The notes: generated by a model from the sequence alone, not told the origin. Positions 35,601-39,905 are shown, counted from the first letter of the stretch. The stretch is DNA of 64,000 bases from Candidatus Obscuribacterales bacterium (GCA_965228855.1 CBDDIJ010000003.1:2816001-2880000), one strand, 5' to 3'. Program-made: numbers and translations.

Positions 35601-37271
35601 CCTGTTGTGGAAGAGACCGCGAGGAAGTTGGGTCTGCCACCGGATTTGGTGACACCAGACATGCTGACTATATCGCTAAGGGATGATCATACCGGCACCT
35701 TCGGAACCGACGGAAAAATAGAAGTAAGCATCTTCGCCAATGATCCAGTTTTCGTGATCGAGCATGAACTCAGACATTTCAAAGAAGCTCTCGCGCGAAC
35801 TGCTCTGAAGGAATCGAACCCTGAGCTGTTCACGCAAATAATCCAGGAGCAAGTCATCGACGCAGTCGGCAACGGCGGTCGGCGAGCCATAGGAGAAGAC
35901 GCAAGACCCAGACCCCAGATCGCAGATCCAGAAGCGCGGCAGACGATGAAGGACCTGGTGCGCGCAGTCCTCTCTGACAACTCTCTAAAAGGAGCTCGAG
36001 ACATACAGCGGTGGCTTAAAGGCCGCGATATTCCCGACGCCCTGATCAAGGAATTAGGCTCGATGAGGACGATCGCGACAGAGTTGGAACTCGAGAAAAC
36101 TCACTTTAGCAGAGCTATGGAAGAAGCCACTCTTGAGATGGAATCAGACTCGCTCAGCGACAAAACCAGGGCATATATCGATAGACTGGCAGCAGAGACA
36201 CAACCACACTCTAAGGAGTACGCCAGACACCTTCTCAAAGGCGTAGCAGCAGACGCAGCGGGAATACTAAACGATACCGGACACTACAGAATGTCCAGAG
36301 AGGAGATTAGAGCCCGACGCTTCGAGATCTCACGAGACTTATCTCGGAAGCTGGATGAAACGATTGGAAACGATGATGCAGGGCTTTTAGCCGCACTCAA
36401 GTTAGAAGGTTTGCAAGAAAGATTGCTCGACCAGTTGGAAAGGGCGGATGCAGGAGGCGACAATGCACCTGAAGCGCAAGAGAGAGCGCGGGAGTTAGCT
36501 GTCGAACTGCTTGGTAGTCTTCCCGTAGATGTCGATGGTAAGCGTCTCAGCAAGGACGCGATCATAGAGATGCTTGACAAAGGGCGTCTCTCCGAAGCGG
36601 ATTTCGTTGGAGAGGTCCCACTGTCAGGAGTAGTCAGCGTTCCAACTACGAGCGTAGATACGCTCAAGTTCATTCTAGATAGAGGTCTCATAGACTTCAG
36701 CGAACTCGATGGTACTTTATTCGAAAGTATAACCCCGATGCTCAAGAAGGAGCGTCGAGAAATTATGCAGACCGAGCTGGAGCAGCGAAACTGGCGCACA
36801 AAAGTAGACGCATCTGCCGAGACGGAAGCGGCAATTCTCGACGGAAAAATAGACCCTGCCCTCACCGGCGGTGGCGTTCCGCAACCTGATGGCTCGACGA
36901 AATATGCACTAGCGCAGAGCGCAGAAATACTGATCGCTACAGATCAGGTGGCGACAGTCAAATCTGTTTCACTCAAGGATGGAGAGTGGCGGTTCGACAC
37001 TGAGACACCAGACGGTCGCAAATTGAGTGAGCCAGTAGCAGATGTTGCCTACCCATTCCAGCATATTCTCGAGCGGATCGGTCCCAGCGATCCCAAGGCA
37101 GTTGCAGACATCCTGGCATTTCATGCCGCTACCCTTGAAAAACTGAGCGAAAAGAACATTCCGGCACTCGGAATAGAATCCGATGGAACAGGCAAACTAC
37201 GATTCAGGGACCGCGCTTCGAGAGACTCAGCCGCAGAGACAGCGCCAGAACCAACACCTGCAAGAAGCTGA
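11646..37271 (+). CDS. Giant (about 8500 aa) multidomain protein, putative multi-effector polymorphic/MARTX-like toxin
   Basis: Uninterrupted 25.6-kb ORF. HEAT-like repeats, YD/Asp-box beta repeats, hydrophobic Gly/Ala-rich segment, HELTH, NCVNC..H..D, HELVGH, HEWAH, EEMAH, HELRH, repeated DLAMR linkers. True start uncertain (possibly TTG at 11706). Confidence is for the CDS; the toxin role is inferred. Confidence 0.9.
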   Translation: MYMFTMGTTNSATLCWLSKTLSENRKQPIDQTSDNDNEDDSSVDEALSASAERDHEPASSTTSDKSDRATDASEDTQESQQETQEDALDSTNESSEGGDVISDGLREEQKANLAEAKQLLETHGLKLRKEDVPDIAIENGHGFTRKSHQHEQLGKVSRTTLDDGTLETAFERHPDFRALSFKPGEAPTAKLRQDLADFPETRAALEVGEPTTFKPGAPSNSKELEGFFQKHPEYKSLTLTRGHNASADLPPTAELDRGFTGPAIMGGTDANGQKWLLLANGAAEKFIQGSEKGEQSIVLFHPEDPEGRMAQVRYQDHAETFYSNGRKVKSSDYKSTGEEAAPVVSDTRAPAGQVAPGGGGEGVVATPLATPVVTESDTTQKETIPPADGQTQLPELEKVSAEIPEEVAVEVQPEIGKPVISDGADTQRPDSDSNENYSSGAEGSDSNGTFITERFQGPEDTGSAFDNSVAERNKFQQEQQRLIEQEKEKFLDLHASGEERQEAIAALETLLTSQSDESRTAMQKTIDFYKTADAVLSLGKATAGHRFETVRTQLLSPSTSDSAIVAISNIANGSNGDQQETARAREMLMDFAKRNPATADKVIDALLASRTEGDKFGSLTLATEIAAETGRSTTTLKTALYDGLKSESASEKNSAFLNMVRLSGSWSKEDAQAVASSLTPGEAREILAVAPDTISAHRDAMAPILAEKLGREWSESDAGRVAALLSEDVIQAIDRASPSAIDRVADHIHNNLVANRTPADLEAGAKQALERLSALKTQDSPDEREVEVLAAAVQRYTDAVADQARGRVNDPTKAKAANEALERLGLQSDTGREFVIDSIVAHQPPRSKQFDTLGTLGKLIAASDNVPSKSRELYASVLADGNPIQQRAAIDSMKLFADKWTSEDAEILRDNLSFEAIHRLVLTKPNVMDKQIGDTTLRKFLVEGLKEKVSSPDAKTRETAVTALGVVGGKHALKDAGLEVSSYSTDGDSNRYRLYDPKGTYYRFQEFKDRDGVLLEQIYRGNEAELFVDWKRGPGGSVELSAVRDTVRKPPFGAQFGYDGNYDFSYEGGYKNGIRSLNEKEAEAFKAQYDELRHNGDFYTLGQNDGFHELPAPVEDFSPPAADTAGDITAPERGIDTKAEEAVEILDKLKQMAIGPPPNTQAQDQLISIGGVTGPQNRDRLLARNIEAVDGLIAQLKRQDSPSRFAAMRRLESALKPSEGQESVAEQLQDARIEQLMNGVGPESSAEELVRLQTRLVEQLELARESNDQKTAVKLHDKMLWVGTAHAIAQLNELDPASTDTPARSRELVNKLFVEAQKGNKHAQTAMALLARDGQSDTQEKIQALASGDGQVGLATPDLKNLSPDQRLAISKIATNLIQRKVRATGGDITEAEVLAVTSAYNEANVRGDSDTARSMLDTLDLALSRDVKESGEGRTDRQITVEAISELLKTSIGNDQQLRDRYLTFADSAQLNNDLPALRERSATGDEAAMYLMAGIASSDKGDASSTASGELLDLAQNESLRELAMKAAIDAKNAETGDRGDATDLFRAMAEQGTVPESVKTLLHWKLGSSDPSDRTQGARALVSIADRWTEQDVAQIKDNMSQELAQAAAELPDGVDEKHVASIREGLATTLKNESSEASAKEVAVQALANLEGEALLLDATKQEALGLKAEKDGDKTTLIDSNGTRYKFSRTGDGSVRLDRLERSDKSYRENKYNENGDFIGAEEVTESGGKLKIDGDNRGVEVRKPNGEFIKIQSGTDGKPSGVVDSNGNGWFSKDGGTSWTRRGTGEKAFGEPLLSPDGSLRFHSGEHQLDVLQKTDGTIESVDHKRHETTAIGPDGFSITRNDAGKVVRTRDADGNENLYSWSRDNKTLLGVMDKTGMWKSDDGIRWNHLGAPGETTTGTRSVDESGRYHVFENGPQGRKETITGLDGSKTVNRPDGSSEIYNRRGEKFTVRHEGSPSHLAEVDDPSGLKWKSADGKTFTLMDGDEPSDVTATIELQPDGTLKRTISKESRESAAERGLAVDVVSKPDGISISRDSQGRITEMTGVGGEKSTITYDESDPQKIKRLKTVHPDGRVEEIQQTSDGKWRQLFKDSVTSAPHDATREHIQADRITFDQSTGELTFLSNGASKVEVSRDVTGHRYNLPWTSQTTEAQKHNYDKLVRTLDRGIRGYRDVGESLRLEDTWSGDGSRESVQWSTTGDVSSERTVHNLDGSVAKIDALGRVTGVSGLANDASIDIKYGDNGEVTLRDSSGQLWESKDGRVFHNPETNVTLRCELFVGKDGKFGFDLNGGARMTRDVSSRETIFSPPEMFRQPRLSPPEAQVAGVVLKDSGERLELDGNGLVIATQTNNGRRIIATRDGAGNLTSAKVMVGDQVARTYTNTNGQWSLDGTPMRKGAQASLDRNGDFFVFEDDIDRKPDFVQRLDGTRIEKSESFDIPNGSKYVVESPSGEISEFHFRRGGAEPVLIMEGGRVQQDGTIQFPTKIIKLPNSNNTYSVIKSDRDGAQPAGKTWTGEIRFDAYTGSTYSSGKYPDSSAKTEVRTSDGWTFDPASSDKTQRKLEPNGALLFRKPTGELYEASRPDGVHLSAERNSIGMVDTVTFRNDLAKTSEQYKTSDGKHWTRTVTDGTGKAVTDEFEGSVSVSRDGDVTIRKADGSLERRLASGADIKFDATTGEATVDRPSEVKVGDQSYGKTLHIGGFGANGQPNKIFNGDGTYSATSDGVSWRKYDGQGSPIGEPFKQTVEFNLETGNLKVTKMDGSNPPRPVRVESINGDGTHRILENVGLGDQLDLRVTSESNEYGEVITHKYEGGAKKGTHVENKDGTYKDFIVYKSQGREQMLLSGFKDSYGRQTEINWITQNGRPTVASYTDEYGDKWQLYNDNKYRRQTDKGPPGPKVHGGKVFVNREGQLEMMMKTSSNLTALDGDNTTVNVRIARGIEGHIITQFQEHGGITVKGRENVVERTIRADGAVHQFSYSREKGLIKLDRYGQPNINQITEGDSNSSEKWDLIYLKYGHNQEKQEWKPMRWKSSANGKEMDAFWRLDQLTGDMSWFNSNMSHQHYSLAGGWDKLHGGEHLRKEADEIANVFEKWWISNYAFSSASRYSDLKSHLEPLTGDQMQMMQYYLHNHEGKPDLRQKVDELWSGWEHDTLEGHLDRTAHTRDTDEAERADVRIRSALAEMSTYSQRIQTSQTRALEKEVRDSLGALNQTQLELLQIAHNGGNKDAPTLLQEIQEHPRWKNAPEIHQKALKLYLEKGKDERTPKEEAELMALALQYTAPGVGRNRHMQYAPASLTQRLEYFREFSAADRSSDEARTYFREEMGGAALLEQAFVREYQRTGNPEDPNSYNYQNGFFKVADWDPNRLMTIGRDYMLDGKMRATTIIEEGNYLFGASRASIEDTFAQMTPDDRARLRRGLEMHMIINDKIEVPAAEKAAVQALLDPSNTSAEAKKARDDYEYFTDLNTKAHDWSTFGRDRRQTEYVSLASGAGFSHDMGEATVSTMWWNADKETHMSQVENMDRESFDLFMSDRALRALNTDFMKENFSGYTRGDAALKLFNDKLAYADSLEKMSVDDLARLLPGTLELSKPELDIFMRTRALDRTIAEGATIQRSINKGRELERGITDGAEIARKIEAGSLSEAGLGDADKIALDLFKAHRDGKLTDAQKQALEALHVDNGRTLSQRLAKGKEVADRVETDPSGESGLSDADRTLLQLFRSSEKGELDAQNKSDLELFQAKKSDAKESALKEFRDHQQTLKLVDELHEGRDLARDINEGRLLAEAIQSGKAVSGRLGGLSGQTRTDAIAALSAADRVSLRTFERFEAGKMTESERMQIELHKAQQNGSLGAHRQGLLTQFERWQRTTGEKLAAEFDQGKAVNERLLKRNPADRHKARTELSPEDRHALDTFNSLESARKLQADINSGRELSLSLESGASSAQLTDQQKYQLALFDQYKAGNLSQSQTEALGKIQSIDAFRDGSELEKLDEGKMQRLHKLESLTIYREDITGLKSFLDGREAALELRAAGTADRREALLKQWESTADGADKLQALEQYRSAVYDLTQNNVRRSIFDVLEDNTGNRDAVFNAIENMSASERHAYATNAEVKITVNGEIKTVKFKDYLDSKIHEEFTRTTGRNQSKSTNQDAVKAAKHLLDQIEHNPDHKPEKDIVFELFELEARPGTTRKDTIEALHKAFNGPHAAELRARLDNSPGNSSYDPKFAAAFEAAVKSSFPMPHTTTGGRGKDSKPKWNAESWNAHVQEKYIDPVIKNGHVSLETLRELHSSNGAAEAILQLNKESLAHLKATEGDKLEQFLSGVFSDDQLTLVQKVLEQGEVRVEDKLFALQAGVLPREQLRDVLSEIKSQTQRMEVADGYAEKYGGTAMQAMLDFAPPKDQGAVRAALHYRTWTNLDHQTNIRDHINTVNNWDNWTYDGSDELLVNSGIQAGERIQQANTAYETLSEAEFARLESNVWKAGDAHIRSQEEFAEMATDGAIMAAAAALTVFSGGTLGPVMIASFTLMAAAAKMGGKAMLMGDNYDATMQQIRRDLAMGAINGFTAVVGPGELLAMTRIGGAAAQTAATKVMTHAMFEGMEATTKAAIQKELALAVRKGVQQGILSGVAGQADNKIIEQALKNLVTKKLLTPEMALKARGLIQTELTNAIISNGKSFLMREALAGGAALVSGEVGTVAMTTTDLYFQGKLTFEGFMDGSNFTEENMKMFRDASIRGIGGALTGHMAGRASALGMGAGRIQKLMGDQAAGLYSLTKAGGIMMTTMTATNILTENAIASLDGKVYDGQGMMTQTLMAGWAPFFQQMHGMKEMFLPGRGPSFALGFAPRQAFGAGESVTGKPTHNHAAIEYTQPRLQDADFTGRAAVIEDGNGTIKGGGLVELKGKNTNIEINAPKDGDPLVVVVADPEAARNLKIHPDSGPVKIVVPEGFALPPQFAAEVSRRMGDNSAEYFKLGGDGSLNRVEDLAQPLIEAMAARNPELPQQWSANRDLSASEARQLREQYAESLGPLLEPKIAEQFVDTMAKALESNDPALRKVVADFQKADMDYLSARDGLLIKVVGNEVSTDTDFSEAGLMRLAAGDPEKVAAVQEFVKAREARAEASRPLKETMDARMEVVQQAINDFAAEHGIPPIKLQRYGEVQVGSAAYRDGEIKIRNEHLLDPAKLVEATFHELTHAKQDSDILRLIADDLGLTGKQLDAAAIDTVMGEYAKRTGHDGPSPRPPAADGSTSPSDPRQVWRSFVENALSEHRSPLDATTRTRAQKMVEGFAAVARDQSRTDAQINGDFSVVNSKMNQLDLPNGGQRLLAALKNADQTLLRHLFNDGQLPAEVRQLAQQLPDATRLNDPSLEQKAQELLRPLLKKRAIELNAEKERSYNNYVSAAHETEALLADQLTRSLSRARFKDQGPMRLGMGIDAPDVVARDGAPAGRDLAQATDTVDSARKSSDTRKTEILGILKVDDQKQAIERLFKTLDDRLASGEVDPSTAIELHDLMSRGAKAGRIMTPETLDMLSRLTKDQAGEILNYRPADLIEVLNTGEVKPDTLAAQLADVDTFTSTMADVKRNLDMVTASKAERNYSQAERVNRIADERQRQTLSELFRSTEISEACFEKVLDRLSGKSSGDPKFDAALSPETVARLASSNSQTDHLMLRHAASLTDAISRGELHRPLETVSSFLETSPQAATYTALLVNSPNLSDAQVTGLLRDLAHAGSKEAANTLVVSHYELNNKNPKLHQKLLQITDADLRNKLTNATAFGHLSETLLARITEAQAKNPEVGGLIVDLLADQSRDTNRVGVIEKMLDRGIDATTIRKVRAGLAEGTVNLKSVEAIISADGAGQELAMSLLSSGKITDGALISRIASDRDAVSIARIIEAGNITEEQFKSLLNLKGDHDLSLRALLRAEAASPGTMKAGELDTLLSDPQKAFERSLQVAPQHQKKPATVVELQRKYQALSNELATHLDADTRDALNTLVKEGLGESALKDRDMQARLRQIEKLAEATKTNPDAPPKIVAELMERVLEKRMPSLTVLAAQIDAFIARPGGDRAQQGLSEIRQHNLATASNGQPGEIHLLGVPGWKVAQQDGQPVIENGKVVFEHSGRITVDQSKLAKFDTENLFRQVSSADGKVTLELRNPVRVAMHPEDAIVSTLGNYNTGRANCVNCNRALMKALGSKNGGLDLLISGKVPPPEPQPPHNVTSFNYEGTGVDSQGSYSTLTVEDFDKLPTGMYRAQTVDAFQEGESRLEFHTFMVVKPEDGPPYVLDASSGGRYPVDHYGSKLNLEQLKQNEVNMQSRTPHGDLTPEATLPRKSGDLAMRDEQGYVPRDGDSQEQKTKSRPPGFNIPGDDEPILRRENLEYLVDDGDAYEVADSTVRVADGRLQATGKSEILLEGESRAVVRDESSAVAKDKSDVTASGNSKVVLNDEAQGIITGESVAYAHDKSEATVSGNGTVIADGDSKVSVSRFGLPEDYPTVEVRDRASVELHHRAKVHGVGQESSINVASGIESVELFLTDGRAEIGNASASIEGSGQVKLTGDAAVVLNVPERQTLKIVVDSDHPHISVHPDSKGTVEIVLAPGRKPPEGITRASGVRVLDSTGNEVSLRKHSVDSTRPVFDANALDSLPPIDRANRPVIGLETDEAVLRTLEGLPEGITEKLLDEPIMIVRALANAGENSNRILAAESIEQSVSAPTLRDLIEHPERYPKVNLANAVHELVGHRAFDDFLSKSNLTDQEKAALAKMHDEYGDAREKALGHQNDAPYLKTPEEVGADLIAAESSLRVIDRRIEELARQGEAPPLELLRQRQQMESYRERMLQQVERNRLDRPDHAFFYDKLQQFIEQTYESRDQASPARRGDSETLREDGKHRFRERGAEEQVRPIEGDLEAREREKQIVEDDDDGGISSNYSRFAAVDVEGNPATIIDRTDDGKFIVNRPKHDGDPSPTGFEPPRDLYSNLRYRELKVAELDGTLSKARYFRDTASGEFFKVEQVYGEQYLRFPADEIAIVEANSLRPRLVSESVRINTNRLRMIEDIADQVPFLPELPRPRIEELSARLQQQESEVVQTRGLKPEFSGFSYDEMISAFEKSGITSYSDFLKMGLSDEVPEAMSVYTLKGREDLKIYVSESLSAVHDKIRELRAIQESGSPDDSLKAKFLLKQPEYRRHVLPEDLIADFATLPDGGASIKKLVISGQPDPDNAWLTYQHRDKQDHFFVARASANIDSGTITFYEGSGGSRKPVADTLRHEWAHVLEGQSPEQRRALDAALRIEEENGTPYKMRAYAKYTESEDWAVHVGEVMLAQDSDPFFDMVASAHGTDSRYKLLLMANAIEESMTQANLKGFEMHGAEEMKSRLKYLRDQLEPGAKERLLEILKESKTTHMSASDAGNLLRALAKEGDLETLKAAVFDVKTENGLTSIFDAITDITGEKIPEEILGRMIENRSPAMTGALRRILLSDDYPQLKPSVLEEFYNGAIPRAVAEANSPGADYIFHNFILDQEKQGKGIEALRAVANGLEGHPEMRGEFLAAIVFDETDALAKAALNILEELPPLISSEPHVRITLESEYHEFAKDPEAQAQMRRILDRIEALPEFKSRQTEGDSPTKSSDLAMRGDDDSAERLRPVEGDKVKWTPTERAQDTARWAKQFVDRFNSGDYQEAYRYLLDHDAYPSTIEVRLKDFQIKASELLAVSTDGQFSESLRDFMRESGQAASFRPQGFIRDHKAWDWDTYFIDNPRTVVELSSGTKIDLMHPDTTLDAKPLTSEADRIEIRTILESPAAKELMARHAVILAEEMAHVRQTDNNLFVVSETYSRMMEAASDPENALRLEVFDMPVNRDNWGYRDFFSFEEEIPAIFADAGMSIEHLRKYYSNYDHRGPLLDFIEQTQKSQRDGSGSNDLAMRGDRPEANDPTNRRSKLTEEDASRINDEVVSALIYERQAVEQDMWDELYKARGNKLSPKMERGRQQAIELLGPVVEETARKLGLPPDLVTPDMLTISLRDDHTGTFGTDGKIEVSIFANDPVFVIEHELRHFKEALARTALKESNPELFTQIIQEQVIDAVGNGGRRAIGEDARPRPQIADPEARQTMKDLVRAVLSDNSLKGARDIQRWLKGRDIPDALIKELGSMRTIATELELEKTHFSRAMEEATLEMESDSLSDKTRAYIDRLAAETQPHSKEYARHLLKGVAADAAGILNDTGHYRMSREEIRARRFEISRDLSRKLDETIGNDDAGLLAALKLEGLQERLLDQLERADAGGDNAPEAQERARELAVELLGSLPVDVDGKRLSKDAIIEMLDKGRLSEADFVGEVPLSGVVSVPTTSVDTLKFILDRGLIDFSELDGTLFESITPMLKKERREIMQTELEQRNWRTKVDASAETEAAILDGKIDPALTGGGVPQPDGSTKYALAQSAEILIATDQVATVKSVSLKDGEWRFDTETPDGRKLSEPVADVAYPFQHILERIGPSDPKAVADILAFHAATLEKLSEKNIPALGIESDGTGKLRFRDRASRDSAAETAPEPTPARS

Positions 37272-37305
37272 GACGTGGCATAGAAAGGGAATGCACAGTG
37301 GTATG

Positions 37306-37485
37306 GGTTGACACGCCTTTCAGATACAACCAGGGAAGCAGATCTTCAATGCTTTTTGTTCGTCTCAAATATGGCGGACGTTTAGTCGAAGTGAACCGCA
37401 CCTTTGCTCCACTCGTCCGTCTATCTGCCACTCTTGGTGCTTTAACCGTGATGTCGCCAATTCCAGTTTGTATAGTTCGCTCATG
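37306..37485 (-). mobile_element. IS256-family transposase remnant
   Basis: Minus strand reads HERTIQTGIGDITVKAPRVADRR...RFTS..PPYLRRTKSIEDLLPWLYLKGVST, the typical IS256 N-terminal block. No start, no DDE domain. Confidence 0.85.
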
Positions 37486-37560
37486 CGATTGCCTTGTACG
37501 CGGACGGTTAGCGCCGAGCTGCGCATCGAGGGCGCCTACGCGACGAACACATCGAAATAA

Positions 37561-38733
37561 TTATTTCAGGTCGTCGCTCAGAGCCAATCGCACGCCGCGC
37601 TTCTCAAGCGCCATTTTGAGTGCCGGCAAACAGTTGCGCGCCGCCTGTTTTCCAGCTTCCAGTGCTTTGATGGAATCGGAAGGTTTTGTCGATAACAAAC
37701 CAATTCCTTCCACTTTTGGATGAATAACCATGTCGGCGTCACGCATCGCGGCATGGTCCTTATTAGCCAGCTCCAGCGTTATGATGCGGCTAGCGACACT
37801 TCCGACTTTCAAAAACTCTTCGATCGGTTGTTCGGTAAATCGTTCGTCGATATTAACTGCGATAATAAAATTGGCACCAAGGATGGTGCGCGCTTCTTTC
37901 ACCGGCAGATTGCAAATGACACCACCGTCGACGAACAAAGCATCGTCCATTCGTACAGGACGTTTCAAAACTGGTACAGCGGAACTGGCTTGCATAGCCA
38001 AAGCCAAGTCGCCCTTTGTGAACGCGTAAGGACTTCCGTTCACCAGGTTTAGTGCCACCGCGCAATACGGAATTTGCAAGTCTTCAATGTTTCTACGATC
38101 TTCGGGTAGCTGTTTGGTGATAAAGCGCTTGAATCTGGTGCTTTTCTCGAGTCCATCAAACCGTTTTATTCCGAGTGCTCTTGGGACAAATTTTACTGGG
38201 GCGATTGCCACCTTGATGGGGATCGGAAGACCGACGAAAGCTTTCAGTACTTTATTTTTTCGCATTATGTCTTCGAGTGTATCGAGTGGCACGCCTGATG
38301 CATATAGCCCGCCCACAATCGAGCCGATACTGGTTCCCGCAATGCAGTCAATCGGGATGCCCGCTTCAGTCAGGACTCGGATGACGCCCACATGAGCTGC
38401 GCCTCTGGTTCCGCCTCCTCCCAAAACTAACCCAACACGCGGCGTGCTCGGTCTGCTGCGCCTTTCGAGGGAAGCCTGATCGAGGAAATCCCCTAAACTG
38501 TCCTTATAGATTTGTCCGGGCAAGCTGATTCCCCCAGGCATCACGAGAGAAACGTCTGTCTCCGCAGCGCATGCATCAGCACTAGCGGCGAAAGCGTACG
38601 CCAACAGTAAAGTCAAAGCTGAGTGTCGCTTCGAGAACAGTTTGTGATTAATTTGCAATTTAAGCGCCTGGAAGGGTTGCCGTGTTCGTCGAAGCAGTTG
38701 AGACTCCGACTCCTTCAGGGTAGCAGATGTCAA
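37561..38733 (-). CDS. Patatin-like phospholipase
   Basis: LVLGGGGTRGAAH, GTSIG (GxSxG), FVDGG; hydrophobic signal-like segment near the N-terminus; start uncertain. Confidence 0.93.
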   Translation of the reverse strand: MTSATLKESESQLLRRTRQPFQALKLQINHKLFSKRHSALTLLLAYAFAASADACAAETDVSLVMPGGISLPGQIYKDSLGDFLDQASLERRSRPSTPRVGLVLGGGGTRGAAHVGVIRVLTEAGIPIDCIAGTSIGSIVGGLYASGVPLDTLEDIMRKNKVLKAFVGLPIPIKVAIAPVKFVPRALGIKRFDGLEKSTRFKRFITKQLPEDRRNIEDLQIPYCAVALNLVNGSPYAFTKGDLALAMQASSAVPVLKRPVRMDDALFVDGGVICNLPVKEARTILGANFIIAVNIDERFTEQPIEEFLKVGSVASRIITLELANKDHAAMRDADMVIHPKVEGIGLLSTKPSDSIKALEAGKQAARNCLPALKMALEKRGVRLALSDDLK

Positions 38734-38780
38734 CGACTATTGAAGTTAACTAAGTCCACAAGTCTTAGTGATCGTGTCTC

Positions 38781-39090
38781 TTAGTCCAATTCCAGCTCTT
38801 TTGATTCAGTGAGATTTTTTATTGAGCACATCCCGATTGCGTGCACCAGGTCGACTTGTGAAATGTTGTATTGCATAGTGGCATTAGCAAGACTATTTGT
38901 GATTGGGTGAGGTCTCTTTGAGCGATTAGAACATCCAGATGAGTGCCTAGCCCAAAATCAAAACGTTTTCTGGCCGACCGCAGTTCTTCCACGGCTGAGT
39001 CCACTTGTGACAAAGCTTTCTGCAAGCGGCGCAAGTCTTTCTTGAGTAGTCTTGAGCTAAATGAAGATAGGAGTTTTACGTAGTCAAGCA
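38781..39090 (-). pseudogene. TolC-family outer membrane protein C-terminal remnant, frameshifted
   Basis: ALSQVDSAVEELRSARKRFDFGLGTHLDVLIAQRDLTQSQI, then in a shifted frame ANATMQYNISQVDLVHAIG...*. Confidence 0.7.
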
Positions 39091-39224
39091 GAGCGCCAAA
39101 GGCCTTGCCCTGACTGGCTTTACGGACCAAAGAATGGTGCTCAAAATGGTATAATTAGAGTGTAAGTTTCACTTGGCGAACAGGATTTGTTTCTCGCACC
39201 AACGTGCAGAGGAGAGTTTTTCGC

Positions 39225-39875
39225 ATGGCAAAAACCACGCTGGAATCGGGTTCTTTTAATATAGACTCAATTAGTTTTGACCTGACGAATTACGTTCAGA
39301 AGATCAAACAAAATGACAAATACGGTTGGCTAGATGAAGAGAGAGGGGTAGCAAATCTTCTCAGATTCAATTCAGAACCGGCGTCATGGACGTTCAAAGT
39401 AGATGAGCTTGACAAGGCGTCGCAGTTTTACGGCGAGCAATGCAGTACCGCCGGTGGTGCCATGCTGGTACTGAAGAACATAGAGGTCGACGGGCGGGAA
39501 GGGCTTTATGGGATTTTCAAATATCGCGCCACGCCTGGGCAAATGCCCCTGATGTACGTTGGAATAATCTGGATTCCGTTTGACAACTGCATTTATCAAA
39601 TCAATGTTGAATCGCTGGAACAGGGGACCACAGGAACGCGCGAAGCCGCCATCATGCTGAAATTGGGCGACGATTGGCCGATGAGCGACGAACCAGCCGT
39701 CGTGGTCCAAACTGCTGAGGAATTGTTCTCACGGATGAGAAACGCCAAATTAAGAGTGCTGCCGTCGGATCGTGAGGAATACGATGAGCTGTTTCCTGAA
39801 CATCCGCTGACTAAGGTGAGAGCGCGTCTGCAAAAGATTCTTGACACAGTTAAGTTTGAAGCACCCAATAACTAG
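39225..39875 (+). CDS. Conserved hypothetical protein (possible immunity-type protein)
   Basis: GAGGAG RBS; E.GTTG.REA and SD.EEYDELFPEHPLTKVR motifs recalled from widespread hypothetical proteins. Confidence 0.7.
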   Translation: MAKTTLESGSFNIDSISFDLTNYVQKIKQNDKYGWLDEERGVANLLRFNSEPASWTFKVDELDKASQFYGEQCSTAGGAMLVLKNIEVDGREGLYGIFKYRATPGQMPLMYVGIIWIPFDNCIYQINVESLEQGTTGTREAAIMLKLGDDWPMSDEPAVVVQTAEELFSRMRNAKLRVLPSDREEYDELFPEHPLTKVRARLQKILDTVKFEAPNN

Positions 39876-39905
39876 CCGGTATCATTGGCGGTGCCAAGAA
39901 CATGA

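Noticed and set aside
11761..36865. Many alternative-frame and antisense ORFs inside the giant gene (e.g. 25079-26053, 25638-26501)
   Set aside because: Shadow ORFs without recognisable motifs, explained by codon bias of the main frame.
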